This document shows, in pieces, positions 23,194 through 37,091 of a DNA stretch of 64,000 nt. The notes beneath the pieces were generated by a model. That model had not been told where the DNA came from. It ran no database searches and saw only the letters and a list, made by a program, of their open reading frames with translations. Source of the DNA: Lytechinus pictus (taxonomy: Eukaryota). The position numbers were made by a program, and so were the translations under genes. The stretch covers positions 2,048,001 through 2,112,000 of the forward strand of contig NC_087246.1 of assembly GCF_037042905.1 (NCBI RefSeq), given 5' to 3'. The number at the start of each line of letters is the position of its first letter. Within the stretch, counting starts at the first letter, position 1.

Positions 23194-23893
23194 AGCCCCC
23201 TCACACCTGACCGAATGGAGGCGGACGAAGGGTGACGAAAGGGAAAAATGAACGAAATGCACGCGAATTCAACGAATTCAAATAAAATTTCCGTCAAATC
23301 ATGCGATCAGTAACTATTGCCAAATTTTATCAACGAGCGGTAACCGAAGGATAAATATGTCATGCAAAGGATATCGATTTTTCGGTTCACCTCTTTGAGA
23401 AAATTGCGGCAGAAGGCGAGCGAAGGGTTGATATAACCCAATAAGACGAAGGAACAGTGAGTAATGGTTTGATATGGCGTGCGATTAGAAACGAAACGAG
23501 GGAATAGATCAGGCAATCTTGTTCGTTGTGTCATCGTGTTGCTTCGTTACGGTTTCTTTCGAGATCGGTCCACTTTGGCAAAAGCGCGAAGAGGGACTAT
23601 GCGCGACAAAAACACACGAACGATAAACGAACGATTACCGCAGACTAAATAAGAGATGCAAATTCAAACAGATGACCAACGATTTTTCAATTCGTCGGGA
23701 AATTTTAAACATGTTCAAAATTTCCGCGCGAATTTGAATAATCGCAGCTGTTAGTTCAGAAGATGTACGAACCCAAACACGAAGGGTAAATATGATTTAC
23801 CATCAGTTACCATTGAAAACGATTAAAAAAAATGCCTTTCGCCAGCCATCGGCAAGGCATATTTCAGGCAATTCGGTTAGGTGTGAGGGGGCC
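23194..23893. mobile_element. Harbinger-like MITE
   Basis: TIR AGCCCCCTCACACCT..CCGAAT / ATTCGG..AGGTGTGAGGGGGC. Its right about 190 bp is tandemly duplicated at about 23894-24087. Confidence 0.7.
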
Positions 23894-24652
23894 TTTAAAC
23901 ATGTTCAAAACTTCTGCGCGAATTTGAATAATCGCAGCTGTTAGTTCAGAAGATGTACGAACCCAAATACGAAGGGTTAATATGATTTACTATCAGTTAC
24001 CATTGAAAACGATTTTTTTTAATGCCTTTCGTCAGCCATCGCAATGCATATTTCAGGCAATCATTCGGATAGGTCTGAGGAGTCCTTAATGCGAAACACT
24101 ATATAATACAACCGAAAGAGACAATGAACGCTTAACGGCTGGTACTAAGCCTAAATTGATAACCTTGACAGCCAATCACAGCTCGCCTTTTAGCGTCCAT
24201 TGCACTATTTCGGTTCTGTTTATTGTTTCACCCTTTGTAAACGAGTGAGTTCGTCACTCGACGTAAACATGGTAAAGAGCGAACAAACACTCACTCCTCA
24301 TTGAGCGGTTATTCACTCTGGTCGGAGTGTTCAGCACGATATTTCGTCGTCGGCCACCTCACTCGTTTTCCTAGTGGTCAATTTTCTTTTCAGTAAACAG
24401 TCGATCTTTCGCTCAATCTCACCTGTGTTGTCGAGTTTGTGACCAAGGAGAACTTTACTAATAGGAAGCAGGCGAATTTCGCACTTATAACCAATCACAA
24501 GTGGGCACGTCATTGCTTGAGAATCGCGTATTGCATCAACATGGCGAATACAGACCCAGTGAAAGAATTCTTGAAGTCTTCAGGTATCGGAGTGATATCG
24601 TGCTCACTCTTTTTTTTACTCGAAAAGGGGTTGTCCTCTACACGGACCATGC

Positions 24653-24852
24653 CGGCAGCGAAATTATTTTTCCCACCACAGTTGTGGACATCAATATGAA
24701 TATTCATGACTTTCGTCTTCGGAATAAGACTACGCATGCGCATGGATTCAGCATCCTCAACGCGCAAACATAGTCTTATTCCGAAGACGAAATTCATGAA
24801 TATTCATATTAATGTCCACAACTGCGGTGGGAAAAAATAACTTCGCATGCCG
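24653..24852. repeat. About 200-bp inverted repeat (hairpin)
   Basis: Arms ...GTTGTGGACATCAATATGAATATTCATGACTTTCGTCTTCGGAATAAGACTA and TAGTCTTATTCCGAAGACGAAATTCATGAATATTCATATTAATGTCCACAAC. Confidence 0.85.
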
Positions 24853-27044
24853 ACATAGCACGTCGTCTACACGGATCTTCTGGTCGTCAACACGGACCAA
24901 CACGTCAGCAACGCGGACCAACACGTCAGCTACACGGAACAACACGGCAGCTTTATTGACCAGCACGACAAATGAAAATCTGCTCATAAAAATGAGCTGA
25001 TTTTTATCATTTATATTCATTTCTTTTCTCATCCACGTCGCAAAATTGTAAAAAAAAATCTGAGTGAATTACAAAAAAAAATATAAAACTCCAAACTTCC
25101 TTAACCAATAAAAACGCTGTTTTATTTTTTATACATTGCGGTTTACTATTTATACAGTAGTTGTTAAGTACTTGAAATCTTAAACAACAAACTTAATTAT
25201 GAATATTTAATCTTAAATGATTATTTCAACTGTTTAACAACCACTGAAAAAGTTCATAAAGTAAAACAGTGTTGTATAACATTGGGGAAAAAAGAACATG
25301 GACTGCCAGGGATACTCCAGGCAGCTACACGGACCTACAGGTCAGCTACACGGACCAACACGGCAGCTACACGTATCATCCCGGATTGCTTGTCTACCCG
25401 GTAGTCCACGGATGACGCCGGATGTTTTTGACAGTCAAAAACTGCCGTGTTGGCCTCCCGGACGGACCACCATGGACCTCCAAGAATGCCCGAGGAGCCA
25501 ACACGAATCCCTCCCCCGTCGGACCACCCCGGATCAGATCCGAGATAGTCCGGGGTGACTGGGGCTTGTTACAACCGATAATGTCGTAGCAACACATAAT
25601 GTCACACCAACGCATAATGTCGCAGATTGCGACATCGCAGTCAATGCATGTCGTAGCTTTTCTACTAACGCATAACGTCGCAAGTCTTAACGCATAATGT
25701 CGCAGCGGTATTCGCTTCAGGACTCGAGTTAAATATAAAACATAAAATATGTTTTCACTTATTAATTTGTGCAAGCTCTGTCCTATGAACGTGTTGAAGA
25801 GCGTGTTTAGTGGGGCAGGTGTGGATGCAGGGGAGGGGGTCAGTATCGAATTCATTGTCAGGAGAAGGGGATGGACTTTGAAAAATTGTTATGTGTGGAC
25901 TATTGACAGATTGAAACGCAAATATACGCATACCACCATTCATCTGTGCACATCGCTATACATTCAACTTATTTTGCGAAAGAGTAAGGTCATCTAGCTG
26001 AAAACTAAATACAAATTTCTTTACATTTCATTGTTGTTCATGACATTTAAAAAAATATTATATTTCGTATTGTTACTCGGAATGTGCCATCAATGCCTAA
26101 AAAAATTGCGCTCGATTCGCGCTCGCATATCTTATACTGCCAAAAACTGCTCAGAATGTTCATTGCTTTGGTCTAAATGCATATTAAAAAAGGTGAGCTC
26201 GCGCTCTCATTATCTATTTAGGCAATGCGCGATAGCCTATCTTGTTTGTAAGAATAAAGCTTGTTAAATGTACTTAAAACTTATGTCTATAGTTGTGACT
26301 GCTCCCTCTATAAACCAACAGCAAAAAATGGCTTTTAGCGGCCGATCTGGGAAACATGAATGAAAACATTCTGCGCCCCATCCCCTTTTGGCGAAATCCC
26401 GCTTTAGAAACACATATGGACTCCTGTTGGACTCCAGCAGGGACCCAAAAGTTGGATCACTCTTCTTGACCACTCTTCATCATAATGAATTCAATACTGC
26501 CCCCCCCCACCCCTCCTCTGCATTCGCGCCTGTCCCTCCAAACACACTTTCAAAAACGTTCAGATGACAGAGCTTGAACAAATAACTGAGTGAAAACATA
26601 TCTTATATCTTATCTGCAACTCGATTCCTGAATACAATACCGATGCGACATTATGCGTTAAGACTTACGTCATTATGCGTTGACTGTGACATTATGCCAA
26701 AATCATCCAACGCATAATGTCACAATCAACGCATAATGTCGCAATTGCGACATTATGCGTCGCTGCGACATTCCCGACCTTTCGTTGGAGAACGCGAACG
26801 CTTATTTACGACGGAAATTGATTTTGGAAGAGACTTTTGGGCCCGTCGTCATGGTCGTAAAACTCTGTCTTGCAATGCAAATTGTGTGACATTAGATTTT
26901 TTTTCCGTTTCGCATCTGCAACGGAAACATTCAATATGCGTTTCGTGTGCAAAATTCTAGTTGCTACTATGGTAACAGCGATATATCCGATTTAGGACGA
27001 CTTTCCAGAGCCACATTTGGTTCCTCCCAGAGCTCGAGAGGCCG

Positions 27045-27343
27045 CCCGGGGGGCCCCACTTCCATTGACGAGCGGATACCAGGCGCGACCACGCGTAAAA
27101 GGGACAGAGTTGGCAAATACGTTACGTAAAGGCCTATGTAACGTTATAAGGGTGTCAAAAACGATGTTTAAAATACTGAAAAAAATGATATATTTCCAAT
27201 ACTTGTAGGGTTTCACAAGCCAAATACTTGTTAAGAGATGCATTTCATAATCTGGAAAAGACTTGCTTCCCTTGTTTAGGGTGCTTTTTGAAACCCCATG
27301 GTCGTGCCTGGTATCCACTCATCAATGAAAGTGGTCCCCCGGG
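27045..27343. mobile_element. MITE (CCCGGG termini)
   Basis: TIRs and internal sequence shared with 19591-20848. Confidence 0.75.
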
Positions 27344-29775
27344 AATTTGAATCTAATCCCCCATTTCTGGGGAAAGTAAAACATAATGCCCATTACATTG
27401 TGTGCTAGAGGCATAATCGTTTGTGTAGGAGTAAACAAAAGAAAAAACCCGCAAATTCGACTGAAGTTCAGACGTATAGGCCTATTGCATATGCTGTGTA
27501 CATATCAACGCATGCGAAATGGTTTCGGCTGGAGAGGTGATCTGACCCATGGAATCAATTGCCAGTGATCCACCAATAATCCACATTAAATGCAATATCG
27601 ATTCGATGGACTGTAATGATCTATATCTAAGCTTTAATTCAGTATGTTTTTCCTCACTCAATATGTACTCGATTTGTTTGAAAAACCACTTTCTTATTCA
27701 TGTCATAATCTATTGTGGGCCCTGCATTTCGAATATCTCCAGCCAGCTGTCATAGTAGAGGCTCGCCGCCGGCTCAGGGGGCATATACGATGATGACCAG
27801 ACGTACATTCATGAAAACGGGATTTAATCTCGCAGTATGGTGCCGGGTGTCGCGTGAAAGAATTTTGCACACGAAAAGCAGATATATAGGGCCTGTATCA
27901 CAAAGCTTAGCAATGAATGTAGAACAGTTTTCTATGATTGATTCCATTGATTATAATGTACAATTAATCGTAAAAATCGAATGTACGATTAATCGTTAAT
28001 TTTTGTGTTAGGGGACCCTAATGTTACCGTCCCTGAGGCTTGCGAAAAGTGGCTAATTATCGGTTGTAACGGGGCTTTCCCAGTAGCCCAATGTCTGCCG
28101 CTTCGCTTTTCACATGATCCGTCCAATAGGTGGAAATCAAGCATGATTTCATGTAACTTTTTTTTTCTCGACAATGCTTCGATCATGTTTCATGCACGAA
28201 GTCTCTTATGAAAGATGGATAATGTATATCTAAGTTATGAACTTTGTTTTCTGAATACATTGAAGTAAAAGCCAGAAAAACTCACTCAAATTCGTAATTT
28301 GCTCGTGCAAATGGAATTTTGCTAGCACCACTTTCAAGTATTCTAACTCAGTCATGCGTGCATTATGAACGTTGAGATGGGGTTCAAATGAAAGAGAAAA
28401 AGTGTATCATTTCATTGATATACATCTCATGAAGCGATTTAATAATTATGATGGTAAAAATTACATTGAATTCCGTTTTTTTTGCGATGCACTGTATATA
28501 ATGTATTTGTCCACTTTCAATAAAACATGTAGATACACAATAAAATTCTGTGACAGTAGAAAACACAATCTGAGAATCCCTTTTCCCATATTGGATAGGA
28601 TTAATAAATCATTCGTAAAATGGGGATGTTTTTGGTAAATGACTAAATGTTAATAATATGATTGTTACTAGTTAATGTTTAGTGATTGTATCAAACCAAC
28701 TGAACTATTTTTACTTTGAATACAGCACATAAAATAGATTTTAACCAGGCGGCCTCATTTGCCCCATTTCGTTGGGGGCAAATAAGGCCACTCGACAAAA
28801 ATATTGATTCTAATGGATAATGTCGGTCTAATCTAGATCTAGTAATAGACATCTAATCTTGTTTCTACTGCTTTACATTAAAAAAGATATAATTGGAATT
28901 ATGAAAAGATGGCCTTTTTTACCCACTCTCCCCTTTACATAATTATCACTGTCGGATAAATAGGCAATGATGTGTAGTGTTGCACATGTTTTCCTAACAA
29001 AATTTCTTCTGACGGCAAGATCTATATTGTGGTTTGTAATAATAACGTCGATGATTATTTAAACTAACCACAGTATAGCCTCATGGTTCCAGTTGAAGTC
29101 TAACAATCCTATTCTTCTTACTATTTTGTAAATAATTTTAATCGTTCCAAAATCTTTCACACAACAGGCAACATCTATTTAACATGGTCAAAACGAATTT
29201 ATTCATTTGTACTAATTTTGTACTTATAAACTAGATTAAAAATGCATAGTGCAATAAATATGGTCAAAATTAATGATAAGAAGAGATCGATATATTTTGA
29301 TTTTATATTTTGTTTACTTTATTCATGCATTACATTACTTTATTCCAGTTCAAAATATCATGTTATGTATATTTTAAACTGCCACAGCATCTTCTCTTTG
29401 GAATAATTTGTAGTTGAATTTGAGAATTAATACATCACTGGAGACCTTCAAATCTAAACTGAAGTTTTTTTTTCTCACAGTATTAGTTATTGGCACTTTG
29501 ACACTCATCCGAATTCTCTCATTCTTTCATTCTTGTGCGCCTCGGAATAGAATACTTAGATAGATGGCGCTATATAAATACCTATTATTAAAACTAAAGA
29601 TTAATTTTCTTATGGATGAAAATAAATTGTGTTTTAGATTAAATTGAATTAAATTCGAATGCTAACCTGTTTCTCAAACTCAGTTTTAATGTAGGCCTAA
29701 GCACGGTACATTGAGACTATAATAATTAATGAGAACCATACCGCACTCTATTTTCCTCAATGTTATTTACGACAG

Positions 29776-29964
29776 GTTTTATAGGTGAAAGGGTTCCAAC
29801 CTTCTCTGGGAGAACTTTGACAATCAAGTCACATCGTTTTCATCCTAAAATGGATAGTGCTATTTTAATTGTACGTAATCCATATCGAGCAATTGTGGCC
29901 GAGTTTAACAGACAGAAATCGAATAAGACTGGATTTGCAAAGGACGGCGTGTTCAAAACAGAAG
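29776..29964 (+). CDS. WSCD1/2-like sulfotransferase, middle exon (3'-PB motif)
   Basis: AG|GT TTT ATA GGT GAA...; IKSH and AILIVRNPYRAIVAEFNR motifs; phase 1/1 splice sites. Confidence 0.85.
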
Positions 29965-30088
29965 GTAAATTTGTTTCCTACTTATTTTAAGGAGCAATCG
30001 TTTGGGAGGATGGATATCTTTTACTTCGGTCCACCTTTCCATGCCTTTCTGTGCTGGTGTGGTCGCCGAATTTGACCGGGTACCGGCG

Positions 30089-30919
30089 CACAGTGGGCCA
30101 GAACGAGTTGAAAGTGCGCCAAAATTATATTCTGTGTTATATTTTCACTTTAACATGCGGATCAGGGGTAATTTTAAAATAAAAAAAATCTGAAAATAGT
30201 AACCGTGCTTTGTCAAGCTGTGTAGACTTGGGTAAAACGCAGAGTATATAACACCACGAATGTATCACTTTGAGGATTTTTGGCTGAAATGATTCTACAA
30301 GTAACTTTTTTTCTCTGGAAGAGGGGTGGGTAGCCCTTATATGCGTTATCAACCTTCATTTTGTTTACATTATGCCCGGAATTCAAGAGTCATTTTCATG
30401 GAATGGAAGCGGAATCGACCACGCCGTGCAAAAATTAACGGCAATGTATACAACCCATACGGTGCGCTGTGATGACAGCCAAATTTTGTATCAATTGGGA
30501 AAAATGATGTTGATAGAATTTAGACGGAAATATAAATGCAAAACACATCAGCCTATTTCGAGGAATAATTATCCTATAAACCACCTGAAAGGTGTCTTAT
30601 TTCTATACTTTGAACCCTTTTACACGAAAAAAATAATATAATCAGGATAATGTAGGAGCCATTTCAGATTCCTACATGAAAAACCTCCCGTGAAATGGCC
30701 TGTTTATCAACTAAGTTGTCATATACGCGGCATTTCGCAAAATGTCACATTTTACGATTGAGGTAGGAAATTAACAACCTTTATGCACATTCCGGAATGA
30801 AATATTTTGCTGAAGTATTCTTCAAAGTGTTGTCTTTCAGCTGGGCAAGAACAAAATTAAAATCTGAAACTGCCCAAAATGACTTTTGACGCACTTTTGT
30901 TTCGCTCCAGCCCACTGTG
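30089..30919. mobile_element. Transib-like MITE with CACAGTG termini
   Basis: CACAGTGGGC ... GCCCACTGTG with about 35-bp imperfect TIRs. GC-rich 5-bp flanks CGGCG and CGCCG (1 mismatch). Confidence 0.7.
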
Positions 30920-31958
30920 CGCCGCACATTTAAGGTCAATGAACTTTGGCCGTGTTGGGGTATGAATTGGTACCATAACTTGGAAAGTTAATGGATCTTA
31001 CACAGTCATGTAGTTCATGAAACATGAACATAACGGTAATCAAGTATGAATGGTTTTTTTGCACACGTCTTTATTAGGTCACATGATCATGGTCAAAGGT
31101 CATTTTGGGTCAATGGACATAGTATTTTATCATCTTTTGTGAATAGTTTTTCAATAGCTGTTTCCAAAGCCAGCATTGCTGCTATATCTAATCATGTATA
31201 ATGCAGGCGAGACTGCCAAAGGCATTCCACTTGTTAATGGATATTATAGCTCACAAGTCAAGATATAGAACAAAATGCATTTTTAAACGGTGGCCATATT
31301 GAATTTCAAAATGGCGGCTGAAGACGTGCTCTGAAAAATGGCACCCTATTTTTTTATTTAAAATAAAAATCAGCACCCCCAAATTTATTAAGTTAGCTAT
31401 GCATTTTGGCGCGCAAATCGAGCTGGAGCCGGATATCTGACACAAGGGTCTGTACTAATATCACAAGTCAGATTTACCGTGACTTTTCACGTTTTATCCA
31501 CTTTCTTTGTTCGCTCGCGACTTTTTAATTAAAAATAACAATTTTGTCCAATCCGCAATATTGTGCCCCCTAAAAACGTTGACTCATTCCCCTATACTTC
31601 ATTTTCCATGGACAATTCGATCGTAATAAAAACAATATTATATTTTACATCTGCATTTGAAACTTAAAATTGACATAAGAACACGATCACAAAAATTGAG
31701 ATCTTTACATCATTAGAAAGCTTTCAACCTACTTAATATCAATAAGTTACTTTAAGACAATAAAACGAATTGAAAATATTAAAAATAAGCGATTAAAACT
31801 ACCTAAATATGGAAGTCATCGACGCAAATTCTCACGGCTAGTAGTGAAATTGAGAAGGCTCTCCTGACATAATGGTAAAACTATTACCTTCTTGTGTATC
31901 TTTCTCAAACAATCCTCTGTCTAGCTATTTAATCAGTATTATTCACTTCTTAATACAG

Positions 31959-32341
31959 GATGGAGTAATTTTGTCAAGAATCAAGCCCCAAGATGGTTTA
32001 AGCTCTACGAGAGATACATCTTAGAATGCAACCACTTGGGCCACACCTGCAGGTCGATGTTAATCGTGTACTATGAACAACTCCAACTTCACCTTAAGGA
32101 TGAACTGCGACGAATATTGAATTATCTTAACGTAACGATTGATGAAGAAAGACTTACATGTACAGTAAGAAATTCAGAGGGACAATTTCACAGACCAAAG
32201 TTGAATAAAACACTGGATCTGTTTTCACAGGTAGACAGGAGTCCCGTGGAAGAATCTTTGAAAAAATATCTTGAATTGATTAAACAGGAGGGCTTGGAGA
32301 AACCACCATTAGAACTAAGCTCATTTCCTAATGATATATAA
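31959..32341 (+). CDS. WSCD1/2-like sulfotransferase, last coding exon
   Basis: CAG|GA TGG AGT AAT TTT; LIVYYEQL, ELRRILNYL and RLTCTVRNSEGQFHR motifs; TAA at 32339-32341. Confidence 0.85.
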
Positions 32342-32397
32342 TTGTAGAACCAAGGCATTTTATAGGGTTTTTATTCCACTAGGGTACATAGTCTTAA

Positions 32398-33011
32398 AGG
32401 TCAAGTCAAAATGTTGATTTGGATCCATAGAGAAAAATCAGACAAGCATAATGCTGAAAATTCCATCAAAATCATGAAAATCGGATGTAAAATAACAAAG
32501 TTATGACATTTTAAAATTTCGCTTATTTTTCACGAAATAGTTATATGCACAATTTAGTCACATGCAAATGAGAGAATCGATGATGTCCCTCACTAACTAT
32601 TTCTTTTGTTTTTTTATTGTTTGGATTATACAATATTTCTATTTTACAGATCTGACAATAAGCATGATAAGGGCCAACTTGACTGAACCATAAAATGTTA
32701 ACCAATGGTAATAAAGTTCAGGGAGAAATAAAACTTTGTTTCACAGGACAATGAGGAGAAAATTGAAATATTTCTTATTTCATGAACTAATATACAAAAG
32801 AAATAGTGAGTGAGTGATGTCATCATGCACTTCCCTCATTTGCATACTGGCCAGGATGTGCAGAGTATACTGTTATGTGAAATTAAACGAAACTTAAAAA
32901 TGACATAACTTTGTTATTTTACATCCAATTTTGATGAAATTTTCAGTGTTATGTTTGTTGGATTTTTCTCTTTTTATTCAAATCAACTCTTTGTTGGGGT
33001 GGACTTGTCCT
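32398..33011. mobile_element. Kolobok-like element, second copy
   Basis: TTAA flanks; homologous to 21643-22245 along its length. Confidence 0.8.
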
Positions 33012-33377
33012 TTAACATCGACAAGTGGTCATGACCACCCGCGTAGCCAGGATTTAACTTTGGAGGGGACGATAAGTGACCGCGAAGCGTGCCAACACAG
33101 AGAGGGGGGAGATACAGTTTATAAAATAATTGAGAAGAGAAAAGGGCATTCACTTGGTGTGGTTGAAAAAAAAAATATGTACGCTCCAAAAGAGGAAAAG
33201 TTTTAGGGAAATTGAAATGATTTCTCTAAAACAGTTTATAATATAATTAAGAGAAAAGGGCATTCATTGGGTGGTATAAAATGCCTATCATGGTCATATA
33301 TAACAAAACAATTATCACAAAATGGGGCACTTCGATGGGTATACAGAGAGAAGATATTCCTTCTCGCGAGTAGCGTT

Positions 33378-33542
33378 CACTGTAAAAAATGAAGTGCTAA
33401 TTTAGCACTTACAGTGCTTGTATAATGACTGCACTACGAGTGCTGATTTTCTAGTTCAAATTTAAACTAGAAAATCAGCACTCGTAGTGCAGTCACTATA
33501 CGAGCACTTTAAGTGCTAAAATAGCACTTTATTTTTACAGTG
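33378..33542. mobile_element. Palindromic CACT...AGTG MITE (EnSpm/CACTA-like)
   Basis: Near-perfect 165-bp palindrome with 2-bp TSD TT. Confidence 0.8.
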
Positions 33543-35153
33543 TTGAACAGAAGGTCAGAAATGTCGAAATTTCGATCTCTGAAACCTTTACCTGCTCTAA
33601 TTCATTTCATGATTTCATTTTTCTTAGATTATTATAATCGATTTCGAAGACAAAAGAGCTCAAAATGGAAAAGGGATGATGCACTAAGAGGAATGTTTCC
33701 TTTCCCATACACGCGAAGAACGAAAACCTCTGTGATTTGTTTTGAAAAAAACAAAACAACAAATAGGCCCCTATGTGTAATTTCGCTCATTATTAGGCGC
33801 TTCCTTTGTACGATGAAGAAATTTTTAGTGATATTCAAAATTTAGAATCAATGACGCAAAACAAGACATGAGATGGAAGTACCGCGATATGCAATAATCT
33901 TTAATCGTATATACTTTTTTAAATAGTACAGCAGGGATTGTATGCCTGCCCCTTTGAGCAGATACTTGCTAAAAAGTGGAAAATAGCATATGAGGACTCG
34001 GGGAGTGGCGGCAGTGTTTTCCCGCTTCGACGAGAGTAGTGGAAATGTTGTGTCAATGCAATTAAAAAAGAAATTACTTTTCATACTTTGCATCAATGTC
34101 TGGGAAGACATCGGTCCCGATAGCTGGGAGGGAAAAACTGAGTAGAAAAATGGTGTGAGAAAACAAAAGGAAAGGGCAATTTTAAGATTTTTCCCGCGCG
34201 GAAGCAAAATTTTGTGTGGAGAGGTTTTTATTCTTTTGAAAAAAATAAGGAGGAAAACAAAGCCATATCCTTCTTCCCTTTTTCTATTTCTATTTATTTC
34301 TTTCGTTTTGGGCAAGTTGGGGGGGGGGCGTCATCACAACCCCCTAGCTACGCGCCTGGTCATGACTATTATAGATATTGGTGTACCAAGGGATTTTATC
34401 AGGCAAGGCGAGATGGACTAGCAGTTTATGCACACTATGATGTAAATGGGAATCTATATGTCTACAAGCTTTGCTTTTTAATAGGTTCCTCATATTTCAC
34501 GATATTGTATTTCTTTGTAAAACACTACAACTATGTATTTTTTGTCATCTTCTCATAATTATGTTCAAGATGTATGTTTTTGTGGAATGTGAAACAATAA
34601 ATCAAATCAAATCAAAAATCAAATAGAGTTAGGCAAGCAAAAATGCCATTACGGATGGTGTGTGACAGCATCCTATTAAAAATATGTGTAGGCGTATCGA
34701 AGCCAAATACAATTATCACAGGGGCGGCGGAACCGGGTCCTTGCCCCCGGCCATTCCCAAGAAAACAAATTCTCGTAGGAAAAAATTCCCTTTTTTCAAA
34801 ATGAAATGTGTCCTTTTTCAAAATGAAATAGTCTACCCTTTTTGAAGTAAACATATATTTTAGGTTAGATAATCACAAAAAAAGTATTCGTCCTGTTCAT
34901 GGTTGCAAGAATAATTAGAATGTCCAGTTTTCAGGTTGGAATATTGTACACTTTTGGCTCGTGTTTTGCGCTCGCACCAATTATTGTTTACTAAAGTAGT
35001 CAATCTGTTCCTGGTTAAATAAAATGCCTAGAATATCCAGTTTTCTGGTAAAAATATCACAAATTTTCATGTAATCATGAACAGGAGAGGTATATAACTA
35101 AATAATGCGAGCATGAAGCGCGAGCGGAAAATTTGAGATTTAACGGGACACTA

Positions 35154-36138
35154 CAGTGCGTATCAAAAAAAAGTTTACACTTTGAAAAAGCTCTGGGAAT
35201 TAAAAAATATACAACATGTGGGTATTTTTTTACATATAATTTTGGGTTTGGGTCTCATCAATCCAATGACAGTAAAAGTTTTGACCGAATGTTACTCTTG
35301 AGTGAGCACTGTCCATTTTTGTAGGACTCGCAGAAATCTGTTTGCGCAGAAATGCTCGTATTCAAGCTGTGTCAAGGGGAAAGGGCAAAATCAAACTCAC
35401 CCTGCGAACCATTTCTCATATATTTCCGTTGCACTTTTAGTCAATTGAAATAAAACGGATTCATTCAAGCATTTTGTAACAATTTTGCCACCCAAATTCC
35501 AATTTCAACACTTAGTAAGCACAACCTTTACCCTTTTTGTGCCAGCTGGATCTGAGGACATAACTGAATCTGAACAAGTGTTTATATCAGACATCTCCAG
35601 CATTTTTTCACTAAGTTTTTTATCATTTAAACTGGGTTTACATTTCATTTTTCTTGTAATACTTGTTTCTCCACACTTTTCCCTAGCTTGACAATGATTA
35701 ACCAAATGAAAATAAAGCCTAAGCCATTTCATGTAAATCACAGCTCAGTGTAAAGCAAATATCGTCATGATGGCCTCGGTGTATGGGGGAGTGGGGTGGG
35801 GCGCAATGCACTCTTAGAAGTGTTTTGGGCAAGGAAACAAGTTAAAAAAGGTAAAAGATATCTTCAAATCAATTTTACTAGCTAAATTTCATGTGTTCTT
35901 CATGATTAAGGTCTACTTTTTCGCATAACTATTTCAAAGTTCTGCGCAAATCATTTTTTACTAACTTTTCAAATGTAAGTGGTGCTCACTCAAGCGGAAA
36001 TATTTTAGACAGTTATATCGTCATTTGCTTAAATGGATCTGTAGCAATGTTTAAAATGTGGACAAATCCTCAGGATATTACAAATGTATAATTTTACAGG
36101 ACTTTTTCTAAGTGTAAACTTTTTTTTTATACGAACTG
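35154..36138. mobile_element. Tc1/mariner-like MITE
   Basis: TA|CAGTGCGTATCAAAAAAAAGTTTACACTT ... AAGTGTAAACTTTTTTTTTATACGAACTG|TA. Confidence 0.8.
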
Positions 36139-36424
36139 TATTCATGATTTGTAAAGCATGAAAAGGATGGGTAATTGGGTATCTTCCTACATTAATAATG
36201 CGAGCGCGTAGCGCGGGCAGATAAATTTTGATATTCTGATCTGAAACTGGATAATTAAAGTCTTAAATAAAGAACCAGTTGCAGTATTACTTTATATATA
36301 TATTATACCACTATTATAGGCGTATGCCTTCATTGCACTCATCATAGAAAAAAAAATGATTTCAATTTCAGTTGTTGTCTGTATATTGTCGAGGCACATT
36401 TGATTGATTTGATTCGTGTACTTG

Positions 36425-36634
36425 CACTCTAAAAATGAGTTGTTAAATCAACATTTGAAAGGTTGTAGGAGTGACAGCCTTTTCCAAATGTTATATCAAA
36501 CCATGCTTAAAGCTGAATCCAACAATTTAAGTGTTGGCTCGAACCATATAAAGTGGTAAATCCAACATTTAGAAAAGGTTTTTCACTCATCAAACCTTTT
36601 AAATTTTGATTTGACGTTTCATTTTGTTAGAGTG
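36425..36634. mobile_element. CACT...AGTG MITE, degenerate
   Basis: CACTCTAAAAA / GTTAGAGTG termini with TG TSD. Confidence 0.6.
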
Positions 36635-36906
36635 TGATATTGCAATATCAATTGATTTTGTTTTCTTTTTTATTTTGACACTAATTACATTCATCCTCTC
36701 ATCAATCACATTCAATTTTGCTTATGATTAGGCGCTGAGGAAATTCGATAGTAAGTGGGCAAGACGACATAAATATATCTTTTTATTTCTCCATTGAAAT
36801 TAGGCTTGCAAAATTCCCGAGAATTTTCGTGGTGGAAACTTTCCATGGGAATAAACGGGAATATGGGGAATTTTCGGCAATTTTCGAGATTTTTCAAGAA
36901 ATGCTG

Positions 36907-37091
36907 CACCCTTAAAAATGTTGGGCAACATACTGTTCACACAACAATTGGTAAAACTTTATTCAATTCTGGGTAGTTTTAAACCACGTGCTTTGGGTGA
37001 AAACTATACAGTATTGGTTGAAAACTACCCAGAGTTGGATAAATTTTTAAACCATTGTGTGGACAGTGTGTTGCCCAACATTTTAAGAGTG
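36907..37091. mobile_element. Palindromic CAC...GTG MITE
   Basis: CACCCTTAAAAATGTTGGGCAACA / TGTTGCCCAACATTTTAAGAGTG. Confidence 0.65.

Noticed and set aside
33540..34558. ORFs of 100-155 aa
   Set aside because: Low-complexity sequence inside a degenerate TIR element, with no domain similarity recognised.
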